Assembly (NCBI GenBank): GCA_016196125.1
Contig: JACPYG010000015.1
Coordinates: 22,966-86,965, forward strand
Direction: 5' to 3'
Length of the DNA stretch: 64,000 nt
DNA from: Candidatus Staskawiczbacteria bacterium
GTDB taxonomy: Bacteria > Patescibacteriota > Minisyncoccia > Minisyncoccales > Staskawiczbacteraceae
Program-made: the position numbers and the translations under genes
Shown: positions 1 to 7,580 of the stretch, piece by piece
How the letters are laid out: every line of letters starts with the position of its first letter
Position numbering within the stretch: position 1 is the stretch's first letter
Notes under the pieces: model-generated
Database searches by the model: none
What the model saw: the letters and a program-made list of their open reading frames with translations, nothing else
What the model was told of the DNA's origin: nothing

Positions 1-394
1 CGGGTTCTTGGCTTTTATTTTTTGCCGCCTGCAATATGGCATGGCCATCGCCATTTGGACTTTTTTGCATAACAAAAGAAAAAGAAATGCCCTCAAAAAT
101 CTTTTCAAAATCACGAAGCTCTTTTAAAATTTGTTCTCTTTTCATTCTCACTAAAACCTTTTCTATATTTGGCGATTTTTTAAAATAATCTAAAATCATT
201 TTTTCTTTCGGATTGACAACAAAAACTATCTCTGTAATGCCGGAATTTTTAATCTCTTCTACGATGTATTGGATAACCGGCTTATCAACCAAAGGAAGGA
301 ATTCTTTTGGCACTGCTTTTGAAAGAGGCAAAAATCTTGTGCCAAGTCCTGCAACTGGTATGATAGCTCTTTTAATTTCTAATTCTTCTTTCAT
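1..394 (-). CDS. galU: UTP--glucose-1-phosphate uridylyltransferase, N-terminal part (gene runs off the window start)
   Basis: Own translation of the minus strand from ATG at 394: MKEELEIKRAIIPVAGLGTRFLPLSKAVPKEFLPLVDKPVIQYIVEE... The AGLGTRFLP and PKEFLP motifs are typical of GalU. Absent from the ORF track because it is truncated by the window edge. Confidence 0.8.
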   Translation of the reverse strand, partial: MKEELEIKRAIIPVAGLGTRFLPLSKAVPKEFLPLVDKPVIQYIVEEIKNSGITEIVFVVNPKEKMILDYFKKSPNIEKVLVRMKREQILKELRDFEKIFEGISFSFVMQKSPNGDGHAILQAAKNKSQEP

Positions 395-409
395 GTATAA
401 AATTACTTA

Positions 410-2059
410 TTATGATTTAAATTTTACTCTCCTTAAAAAGGCGGGAATTTCCCATTCTTCTTCTTGCAGAAGTCTTTTATCTTGTTCCAAAGCTTCAGCT
501 TTTTTAATCTCTAAGGCATTTCTTCTTATGGTCTTTTTGATTTTAACATTTACAGGTTCTGCAACAATTAACTTGCCGGATGTCTCTGCCGCAACTTGGT
601 TATTATTCAAGATATGATCAAGACTGATATCAGATAATGTATTTTTAGGCAATTTTTGGGCAATTCTTGCCTGCCTGCCGGCACCTGCCTGCCGGTAGGC
701 ACGGGGTAGGCCTTTGCCCTTAGTTTTATGGCCGAAGGTTTTTTTAACTTTTTGCTCTTTTTTAGCGACAACTTTTGCATCTGCTTTAATGACTTTTTTT
801 ATTGATTCATTTGTTTTTGACGGCCCTGTTATTAGAATAGTCGTTTTAATTTTATTTTTCGCTTTTACATCTTTTGAAATCCCAAAAATTATTTTTGCTT
901 TTGGATTTAATGCGGCGATAGATTTGCTTATTTTTTCCACTTCAATCATATTCAAGCCGGACCCGCCAGAAATATTAAATAAAATCTTCTCTGCTATAAA
1001 ATTGTTGTTTTGATATAAAGGATTGATGAGAATTTTTTCGACTGTTTCTTTAACTTTATCTTTGCCAGAGGCATTAACTGTATTCAAAAAAGCAGAATTT
1101 CCAGAGCCATCTAAGATTGTGCGAAGATCGGCAAAATCAATATTTATCAATCCAGGGTTATAAATTAAATCAATCAAGCTTTCCAAAGATTCTATAAGGC
1201 TTTTATTAACGGTAGAAAATGCTTCTGTTATAGATGTATCATTGCCGATAACCTTAAAAATTCTTTCGTTTGGAATAGTAATTGAAACATTTAAAGAACT
1301 TTTAAGTTCCTTTAAGGATTTTAGGGCTATTTTTGATTTATTTTTACCTTCAAACCTAAATGGAAGCGTAAATATGCCAAGCGTGATTCCGCCGAACAAT
1401 TTTGCGGATTCGGCAAAAACCTTAGTGGCTCCAGAACCCAATCCTCCGCCCAATGAAGCGATTAAAATTACAATATCCTGATCTTTAAAGAGTTCCGTAA
1501 TTTTTTCTTTTTCGGATTCTGCGGCTGTTCTGGCTATTTCCGGATTCACTCCGGTTCCTAAACCGTGAGTAAATTCCTTGCCAAACCAAAAATATTTAAT
1601 GCCTGTTTTCTTTTTTAAAGCTCTAATATCCGTATCTGCAATGACAAATGTCGCTTTATTTACTGTTCTGCCAATTTCAGAAACAATTGACCCGCCGCCT
1701 CCGCCAATTCCAACCACCTTAATTCTGGCGCGAAACAGAGCCTCTGCCGGGAAAGCCGATATATTTTCTTTTTTAATAATTTTGAGTTTTTTTAAAACTG
1801 CTTTCTTTTCCGATTTTATTATAGTTTTTTTCTTTACGTTTTTTTTGGGTTTAACAGGTGGCTTAATTGTTTTTTTAATATGTTTTCCCTTTTTCTTTTT
1901 TGGTTTAACTAAAACTCTCTTCGGAGATTTTACCTTTTTATTTTTTTTATTTGCCCGAATAAATAATTTTGATTTTGCCGAAATTACCGCTTTGCTGTAT
2001 TTAATCGGACGAACTATTGCTTTTTTCTTCATTATTTTTTTCGGCCTCTTGGTTGTCAT
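410..2059 (-). CDS. ftsZ: Cell-division GTPase FtsZ with a Lys-rich N-terminal extension of about 100 aa
   Basis: VVGIGGGGGSIV and GGGLGSGAT tubulin/FtsZ signatures; C-terminal EIPAFLRR anchor peptide. The only Met codons before the core are residues 1 and 10. Confidence 0.95.
   Translation of the reverse strand: MTTKRPKKIMKKKAIVRPIKYSKAVISAKSKLFIRANKKNKKVKSPKRVLVKPKKKKGKHIKKTIKPPVKPKKNVKKKTIIKSEKKAVLKKLKIIKKENISAFPAEALFRARIKVVGIGGGGGSIVSEIGRTVNKATFVIADTDIRALKKKTGIKYFWFGKEFTHGLGTGVNPEIARTAAESEKEKITELFKDQDIVILIASLGGGLGSGATKVFAESAKLFGGITLGIFTLPFRFEGKNKSKIALKSLKELKSSLNVSITIPNERIFKVIGNDTSITEAFSTVNKSLIESLESLIDLIYNPGLINIDFADLRTILDGSGNSAFLNTVNASGKDKVKETVEKILINPLYQNNNFIAEKILFNISGGSGLNMIEVEKISKSIAALNPKAKIIFGISKDVKAKNKIKTTILITGPSKTNESIKKVIKADAKVVAKKEQKVKKTFGHKTKGKGLPRAYRQAGAGRQARIAQKLPKNTLSDISLDHILNNNQVAAETSGKLIVAEPVNVKIKKTIRRNALEIKKAEALEQDKRLLQEEEWEIPAFLRRVKFKS
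668..704. repeat. Two tandem degenerate copies of the CTGCCGGCAG-centred GC palindrome, in frame in the FtsZ C-terminal linker
   Basis: TGCCTGCCTGCCGGCACCTGCCTGCCGGTAGGCA, read on the minus strand as RAYRQAGAGRQA. Confidence 0.8.
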
Positions 2060-2065
2060 TGGATT

Positions 2066-2144
2066 AAGTGTACCCCGTTAGAAAATTTTTTCAAGTACTC
2101 AATAATAACAATAATCTCTTAAAATTTTCTAACGGGGTGTACTT
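2066..2144. repeat. Inverted repeat CCCCGTTAGAAAATTTT / AAAATTTTCTAACGGGG (17 bp perfect, 31-nt spacer) immediately upstream of the ftsZ start
   Basis: 2073-2089 is the exact reverse complement of 2121-2137. The same CCCCGTTAGA motif flanks tRNA-Thr and recurs near 8425, 55415 and 58931. Confidence 0.8.
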
Positions 2145-2160
2145 ATTTAAAGTAGTTTGT

Positions 2161-2195
2161 CAAAAAAAGAGCCGCGAGTTTCACCTCAACGGCCT
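2161..2195 (-). terminator. Probable intrinsic terminator after the pyrF/pyrE-like pair
   Basis: Minus strand reads GGCCGTTGAGGTGAAACTCGCGGCTC followed by TTTTTTTG. The GC stem is imperfect. Confidence 0.45.
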
Positions 2196-2248
2196 ATTTT
2201 GCTTTTAACTACCTGCAGACAGGCAATTTTAATTTAGGCAATTTGTTT

Positions 2249-3046
2249 TTACAGCCCTGTTCGAGCCAGAAATTCTTGGCCGTAGCCAAGATCGGTGCGA
2301 ACTGATTTTGGCCCTCGCTCTTTGCAAATCGGGCATTCATCTTCTGGATACATCATCATATTAATATCAAGCAGAGAAAATAATTCGGGAACTCTAAGAG
2401 TTTCGGCGGTCACTTTGCCTCCGCTTCGGTTGCAAAGCGCCCCAACTCCAACCACTTCTCCGCCTGCCTGAATAACGGCATCGCGCGTCTTAGAAACAGT
2501 TATGCCGGAATTAATAATATCATCAAGTATCAGACACTTAGCGCCTTTCACATACTTATCATAGCCGCGTTTAATAACGCGCCGGGTTCCGGTTTTAGCG
2601 GGAAACATAACCTCAATTTGCGACCCAAAGTGACCCAAAAAATCCGGCTCACCTCTAATTTTCACAAACCCATTGGCTAAAAATTCTCCGCCGCCACTAT
2701 TTAGAACAACTTCTCTTTGTTCAAAAATATCTTCTTCATCGGCGTAGATAGACAAAACTTCTGTCTGAAAATGGCGCTTGTCCAACCAAAAGGCTGTCCA
2801 CTGCGACAAAATCACGGCGCCAACAGTGGGGCCAACCACTATTTTTAGTTCAACATGACGAAAATGATTGGCTATTTCGGCGCATAAATATTTTACGAAT
2901 CTTGTATAGGGATAAATTGCATCTTTGTTGACATAGTCTGAACCATGAAACCATCCCGTTTCTTTTTTAGCATAAACAAAATGGTCGTCGGTAATAATTG
3001 CGTTCGCTTTGGAAAAAATATCCAATATTGCCTGCTGTGTTAACAT
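2249..3046 (-). CDS. Type I phosphoribosyltransferase, orotate phosphoribosyltransferase-like
   Basis: PRPP-binding loop CLILDDIINSGITVSKT. Start placed at MLTQQAILD (ATG 3046), 1 nt after the pyrF stop; the ORF-track start at 3169 overlaps pyrF. Adjacency to pyrF suggests pyrE function. Confidence 0.6.
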   Translation of the reverse strand: MLTQQAILDIFSKANAIITDDHFVYAKKETGWFHGSDYVNKDAIYPYTRFVKYLCAEIANHFRHVELKIVVGPTVGAVILSQWTAFWLDKRHFQTEVLSIYADEEDIFEQREVVLNSGGGEFLANGFVKIRGEPDFLGHFGSQIEVMFPAKTGTRRVIKRGYDKYVKGAKCLILDDIINSGITVSKTRDAVIQAGGEVVGVGALCNRSGGKVTAETLRVPELFSLLDINMMMYPEDECPICKERGPKSVRTDLGYGQEFLARTGL

Positions 3047-3047
3047 A

Positions 3048-3839
3048 TCATATCTCCTTTTGGGCTTGAGTGATTTCTTCTGCAATTCTTTTTGCGGCTT
3101 CAACTGGTCCACCAATTCCAACAGGCGGCTTGGTAATAGGCCTGCCAATAACCAGCATATCAATTCCATCTTTGATTGCTTCTGCTGGAGTCATTTGACG
3201 TTCAACATTTTGATCGTCTTTAACCCTTTCTCTTTCCTCTTTGGTAGCCGACCATTCTGGACGAATATTAGGACAAGCTATGATCAGCTTGTCAAAATAC
3301 CTGTATCGTCTTAGCATCAGGCCTTCTTTTGGCGCGCAAATCACGCCATCGGCGCCATTTTCAACCAGTATTCTTGCAAATTGGTCAACTTTTGAAACTG
3401 GATCAGCGCCAAAAATTGAAAAGCATTCGTCTTTATCAATTGATGTTAAAACAGTAACACCAAAAAGCTTTGAAACGCCTTTGTTGGCAACCGCTGTTTT
3501 AATGGCCCTCTCGCCAGCCGAAACATGAATATTAATCATTTTTACTCCCAATAGAGATAATGTTTTCACGGTATTTTCGACAGTATTGGGAATATCAGCC
3601 AGTTTTACATCCAAAAACGCTTTTTCGGGACCTATTTTTTTAGCTAAATTACGGACTCTGTTAATTAAACCAATTGATTCGTAGCTGCGCGTCAAAAGCA
3701 AATTAACCATAGTAGAATAAATTGACTCAAATCCAATCTTAAACACCCCGACATACGGAGAAAGAATATCTACTAAGTTCTCCGCTTTTTTAATATCTGA
3801 AACATCCAACGGCAAAATAATTCTTTCGTGCGGTTCCAT
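3048..3839 (-). CDS. pyrF: Orotidine 5'-phosphate decarboxylase
   Basis: IILPLDV..., FKIGFE, DVKLADIPNTV motifs; AGGAGG Shine-Dalgarno sequence upstream of ATG 3839. Confidence 0.85.
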   Translation of the reverse strand: MEPHERIILPLDVSDIKKAENLVDILSPYVGVFKIGFESIYSTMVNLLLTRSYESIGLINRVRNLAKKIGPEKAFLDVKLADIPNTVENTVKTLSLLGVKMINIHVSAGERAIKTAVANKGVSKLFGVTVLTSIDKDECFSIFGADPVSKVDQFARILVENGADGVICAPKEGLMLRRYRYFDKLIIACPNIRPEWSATKEERERVKDDQNVERQMTPAEAIKDGIDMLVIGRPITKPPVGIGGPVEAAKRIAEEITQAQKEI

Positions 3840-3944
3840 ACAAACCTCCTATTTAATTGTCAACGAACGGAATTCCTGCCAAACATGGGCAAGACCACTG
3901 GCTCTTTGTACCAAAACAAACTTCAAAAGTCAAACTTCTGCTTT

Positions 3945-4166
3945 TTATTTCAGTATTTCCACAATTTTATTTCTCGACGCATGGCCTGAAATTATTTTAA
4001 CGCAAGATGAACCAGTTTTAAAATACACTGCCAAAGCATTTTTTATGGCATTATTTGCTCGGCCTTGCAACGGCGGTTCTTTTACAAAAACAACATAATT
4101 TTGCTCATTAATTTTTTCTATCTTTTCTTCTTTTGAGTTGGGTTTTGCCTTTACAAAAATTTTCAT
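3945..4166 (-). CDS. DUF167 (YggU) family small protein
   Basis: 73 aa; G(R)ANNAIKNALAVYF ... ISGHASRNKIVEI pattern typical of UPF0235/DUF167. Confidence 0.65.
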   Translation of the reverse strand: MKIFVKAKPNSKEEKIEKINEQNYVVFVKEPPLQGRANNAIKNALAVYFKTGSSCVKIISGHASRNKIVEILK

Positions 4167-5518
4167 TCAAGTAGAGGGTTTATTGCTTTGCCTTCTCCAA
4201 CTAATGTGATTTTTTTGCCGAAAACAAACAGGGCCTGTTCGTCGGTTAGAATACGAAGTTTCTTTTTGATTCCTGAAGGTTTCTGTTTTATTATTTCGGC
4301 ATCTTCTGGCTTATAATGCACAAATATATTTGATTTTACGAGCCCCAAACCTTTTAAACTCATCAGTCCAAATTTATCCTTGTTGTTTTTCCAGCTGGCT
4401 GTTTCAATAGATTTACCAGCAACAATAGAACCTGCTGAAACCCCTATATAAATAATGCCCTTGGTAAGCAATTTTTTAATTATTTTATTAAAACCGCTTT
4501 TACGCATTTGTTTTAATAAATAAAAAACGTTTCCTCCCTGAACATAAATAATATCTACGGCCTCCAATATTTTCATTAATTGACTTTTATTCTTGCCTTC
4601 AATATCAATATCTTCCACATTAAAACCGGCTTCTTTCATAAGCTGCCTGTCTTTATCTGTATAAGAAGTATCTTCTTGGACTTTTGAGGCCGTAATAATA
4701 TGAGCAACCCTGACTTTATCTGCCGGCTTTGAAAGAACCGATAATATTTCTTCTTTGGTCCCTGCCATTCCAGATGAAGTCAAAAGCAACATTTTTGGTT
4801 TTCTGCTTTCTATTAGTTCATTAATAAAACCAATAAACACTCCGCAAGCTATAATTGACAGTAAAATAGCAATTAATCCAACAACAATTAAACCAAATGG
4901 GGTAAGGAAAAACTCCAAAACAGATGTTTTAAAAAACTCCATTTTTAACAAAGGCATTACCCAATATATATTTAATATTTCTATCAAGCTGAATTTTTCT
5001 TCCTTGCCGATAGACAAAACATACTTGCCCCTATTTTCGTAACTAAAAATAGTAATTTTATAATCTCCGGAAGAAAGATTTTTTTCAAACTCCGGACCTA
5101 AAAAATAATAATCTCTGCCAAACGGCTCATAAAATTCTTTCCATAAAAAATCTGTCTGGCCGTCAATAAAAGAGATTTCTTCATCTTCAGCCTGCCCTGA
5201 GGTTGTCGGAGTATTTTTTACTAAAAATATCTTTGCCGAATATCTTCCGTTTGAATTTGAATATGCCGGCACCAAAAGATTAATATATAAATTAAAATCT
5301 TTATCAGAGTGAATTAAATAATTTCTGGGACTTCCGCCCAGCTCGTCATAAAATACCTGTGAAACTTCCGGTTCTTTTACTTGTATGTCAGTTGATTGGT
5401 TGTAAATAATTCTCGGCAAATAAGCAGAGGCAGGCTGGGCAAAACCAAAAAACAAACAAAACGAAAAAAGAAACAAGTTCCTCGCAAAAGATAGTAAAAA
5501 TAATTTCTTAAAAACCAT
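4163..5518 (-). CDS. Membrane protein: signal peptide plus unknown extracytoplasmic domain, TM segment, and C-terminal peptidase S51 (dipeptidase E)-like domain
   Basis: N-terminal hydrophobic leader, central TM (LIVVGLIAILLSIIACGVFIGF). C-terminal IYVQGGNVFYLL...GVSAGSIVAG is the S51 nucleophile-elbow pattern. ATGA overlap with the downstream gene. Confidence 0.6.
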   Translation of the reverse strand: MVFKKLFLLSFARNLFLFSFCLFFGFAQPASAYLPRIIYNQSTDIQVKEPEVSQVFYDELGGSPRNYLIHSDKDFNLYINLLVPAYSNSNGRYSAKIFLVKNTPTTSGQAEDEEISFIDGQTDFLWKEFYEPFGRDYYFLGPEFEKNLSSGDYKITIFSYENRGKYVLSIGKEEKFSLIEILNIYWVMPLLKMEFFKTSVLEFFLTPFGLIVVGLIAILLSIIACGVFIGFINELIESRKPKMLLLTSSGMAGTKEEILSVLSKPADKVRVAHIITASKVQEDTSYTDKDRQLMKEAGFNVEDIDIEGKNKSQLMKILEAVDIIYVQGGNVFYLLKQMRKSGFNKIIKKLLTKGIIYIGVSAGSIVAGKSIETASWKNNKDKFGLMSLKGLGLVKSNIFVHYKPEDAEIIKQKPSGIKKKLRILTDEQALFVFGKKITLVGEGKAINPLLE

Positions 5519-5524
5519 GGCTGT

Positions 5525-5671
5525 CTATCCCTTTTTGCCTTTATTTTTATTTTTTACATTAATATGCTCTAATCTTGCGGCATTGCCCCAAAACCTGTCA
5601 ATGGCTCTCGATCTTAGAGGGTTGTAATTTAATTTGCTTTTTTGAGTATTTTTAGAAATATATTTCTTCAT
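5525..5671 (-). CDS. Possible 48-aa basic small protein (below the ORF-track size cutoff)
   Basis: Own translation: MKKYISKNTQKSKLNYNPLRSRAIDRFWGNAARLEHINVKNKNKGKKG*. It fills an otherwise empty 180-bp spacer; I recognise no homology. Confidence 0.25.
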   Translation of the reverse strand: MKKYISKNTQKSKLNYNPLRSRAIDRFWGNAARLEHINVKNKNKGKKG

Positions 5672-5698
5672 TTTGTTTTATTTTTGCCGTATCATATT

Positions 5699-6022
5699 TT
5701 ATTTGCAATCTTGCGGGCAATCTGTTTTGGTTTCGGCGCAAACGCAATTTATATCATTGTCTTTGCAAATAGCGCTATCTGACTGGCAAATGCCATCACC
5801 GCATTTATCTGAACAAATAGTTAAAAATCCCCGGGGTTCCGGTTGATTTTGCGTATTTTCATTCGGAGTTTCTATTTTTGCTTGGCTTTCGTTATTTTGT
5901 ATTGTTTTCTCCAAATCTTTTGAATATTTATAAATAAAAAATCCGGCGATTAAAACCACAACCAAGATAACTCCTATGATTATTAAAACTTTTTTATCTA
6001 TTTTTGGAAAGATATTCTTCAT
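5699..6022 (-). CDS. Membrane-anchored Cys-rich small protein
   Basis: N-terminal TM (VLIIIGVILVVVLIAGFFIY) and C-terminal CSDKCGDGICQSDSAICKDNDINCVCAETKTDCPQDCK (10 Cys). Confidence 0.5.
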   Translation of the reverse strand: MKNIFPKIDKKVLIIIGVILVVVLIAGFFIYKYSKDLEKTIQNNESQAKIETPNENTQNQPEPRGFLTICSDKCGDGICQSDSAICKDNDINCVCAETKTDCPQDCK

Positions 6023-6226
6023 ATTATTTTTTATTAGACCTGTTTCTTAATAATACATTACTATCTAATTTTATATCTTTTTACAATTTTTTTCAAATTA
6101 ATATCAATAAAAAAAACCTCTTCTGTTATGAAACAGATGAGGTTGATTTTTGTTGTACTTCTTTGCTTTGTTTATTTATTCTTATCCATTTATCGCCTTT
6201 CTTCACCAAAGAACAAAACCGTAATT

Positions 6227-6268
6227 TGGTGGGCCCAGAAGGAATCGGACCTTCTGCCTCTGTCTTAT
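6227..6268 (-). repeat. Orphan copy of the tRNA-Ile 3' half (anticodon position 35 to CCA), 41/42 identical to 6316-6357
   Basis: Direct comparison: TGGTGGGCCCAGAAGGAATCGGACCTTCTGCCTCTGTCTTAT versus ...CTTCTACCTC... in the full gene. Confidence 0.9.
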
Positions 6269-6315
6269 GAATCTGTTTTTACATATTTTTTATTTGAGCA
6301 AAGCTTCCATAACTT

Positions 6316-6390
6316 TGGTGGGCCCAGAAGGAATCGGACCTTCTACCTCTGTCTTATCAGGACAGCGTTCTACCAATGAACTATGGGCCC
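6316..6390 (-). tRNA. tRNA-Ile (anticodon GAU), CCA encoded
   Basis: Manual cloverleaf: GGGCCCA TA GTTC ATTGGTA GAAC G CTGTC CTGATAA GACAG AGGTA GAAGG TCCGATT CCTTC TGGGCCC A CCA. Leader and trailer form a further 12-bp perfect helix (6308-6319 / 6391-6402). Confidence 0.9.
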
Positions 6391-6405
6391 ACCAAAGTTA
6401 TGTTG

Positions 6406-6438
6406 CAGGACAGCGTTCTACCAATGAACTATGGGCCC
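6406..6438 (-). repeat. Orphan copy of the tRNA-Ile 5' half (positions 1-34), 33/33 identical to 6358-6390
   Basis: CAGGACAGCGTTCTACCAATGAACTATGGGCCC occurs twice. Identity stops exactly at the first anticodon base. Confidence 0.9.
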
Positions 6439-6470
6439 TTATACTTAAAAATTTTATCAAAAAAAATTGA

Positions 6471-6505
6471 AAAAGTCAAAAAAAAGCCACGCTTTAAGGT
6501 GTGGC
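6471..6505 (-). terminator. Intrinsic terminator (minus strand)
   Basis: GCCACACCTTAAAGCGTGGC followed by TTTTTTTTGACTTTTTC on the minus strand. Confidence 0.6.
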
Positions 6506-6555
6506 AATGAACAATTGTATTGCAGTAAAGATAGAGAAAAAAAGAGCTAAAAAAG

Positions 6556-6730
6556 CAGTTGGCAGAGGAGACCTGTCATGACGTACAGAGTCTCACAGAA
6601 TTCCGTTCTGCACTGTTCTTGAGCGACGCGCACTGGGGCACATATGCGCAGGAACGTCGTTGGCCGTTCCAGGGCTATAACCCTCCATGAAAAAGGTCAC
6701 AGCCAATCGCGAACAGTGCTCTGCCAACTG
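6556..6730 (-). ncRNA. Candidate structured RNA of unknown class (about 175 nt, GC-rich, no ORF)
   Basis: 12-bp closing helix CAGTTGGCAGAG (6556-6567) / CTCTGCCAACTG (6719-6730). Stacked 8-bp helix CACTGTTC (6611-6618) / GAACAGTG (6711-6718). Hairpins at 6568-6594, 6596-6610 and 6629-6650, plus TTGGC/GCCAA. The strand is inferred from the U-tract and the terminator downstream on the minus strand. Confidence 0.4.
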
Positions 6731-6767
6731 AACATCTATTTTGATAATATCAAAACAAAAAATCTTG

Positions 6768-7580
6768 TCAATATTTTAAGTTATGATTTTTAATTGTAAA
6801 AATAAAAATAAATATGGCAAGCATTATTAAAACTATTGCTCCTCCTGCGGATAAATTAAGATAAAAAGATAAAAAAATGCCGGTAATAACAGAAAAAATT
6901 GAAATAATTTCCGAATATAAAATAGTTTTAATGAAACTTTTTCTTAATTGCAGTGCAGAAATGACTGGAATAACTATCAAGGCCGATATTAATAAAACTC
7001 CAACAATGGGTATTGATAAAGAAACTGTTATAGCCGAAAGAAAAATTAAAATTGTGTTAATTAGTTTTGTGGGTATTCCGCTTACTTTCGCAGAACTTTC
7101 ATCAAATGTAATATATACCAATTCTTTATAAAATACTGCAAGGACAATTATAACTACAATCGCCAAAGTAAAAATAATATAAACATCGCTTACGGCAACG
7201 GTGGTAATGCTTCCAAATAGATAACTGAAAAGATTAGCATTAAATCCGCGAGCCAAACTTAACAAAACTATTGCCAGCGCCAAACTGCCAGAAAGAAAAA
7301 GAGCCAACGCCGATTCGCCATATACTCTTTTTGAAGTTCTTAATTTTTCAATTCCCAAAGAAGCAATTACCGTGGTTCCCAAAGCTGTTAAAACAGGATT
7401 TATGCCTAAAATTAATCCAATCGATATGCCTGCAAGCGACACATGGGCAAGAGTATCGGCTATCAATGAATATCTTCTCAACACTAAAAATACGCCAATT
7501 AGCGGAGCAATAATAGCAACTATAATTCCCGCTTCCAATCCCCTTACAATAAAACTATATTGAAAAATATCTAAAAACAT
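6768..7580 (-). CDS. Metal (Zn/Mn) ABC transporter permease, ABC-3 family
   Basis: 270-aa polytopic membrane protein with ZnuB/TroC-like organisation, in an operon with the ATPase and the ZnuA-like binding protein. Confidence 0.8.
   Translation of the reverse strand: MFLDIFQYSFIVRGLEAGIIVAIIAPLIGVFLVLRRYSLIADTLAHVSLAGISIGLILGINPVLTALGTTVIASLGIEKLRTSKRVYGESALALFLSGSLALAIVLLSLARGFNANLFSYLFGSITTVAVSDVYIIFTLAIVVIIVLAVFYKELVYITFDESSAKVSGIPTKLINTILIFLSAITVSLSIPIVGVLLISALIVIPVISALQLRKSFIKTILYSEIISIFSVITGIFLSFYLNLSAGGAIVLIMLAIFIFIFTIKNHNLKY

Noticed and set aside
213-2081. Plus-strand ORFs 213-617, 714-1013, 1242-1481 and 1578-2081, antisense to galU and ftsZ. Similar long antisense ORFs occur elsewhere, for example 43968-44627, 48286-49032, 40422-40961, 61780-62538 and 51794-52294.
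   Set aside because: They lie opposite strongly conserved minus-strand genes, have low-complexity hydrophobic or Phe/Leu-rich translations, and show no motifs. They are typical shadow ORFs of AT-rich coding DNA.
6004-6470. Plus-strand ORFs 6004-6270, 6128-6379 and 6267-6470 with a repeated GPEGIGPS peptide.
   Set aside because: The repeated peptide is simply the translation of the duplicated tRNA-Ile sequence on the opposite strand.
6556-6730. Cobalamin riboswitch, based on GGAGACCTG resembling part of the B12 box.
   Set aside because: Only a fragment matches, no gene lies downstream on either strand to regulate, and the other conserved B12-riboswitch segments were not seen.
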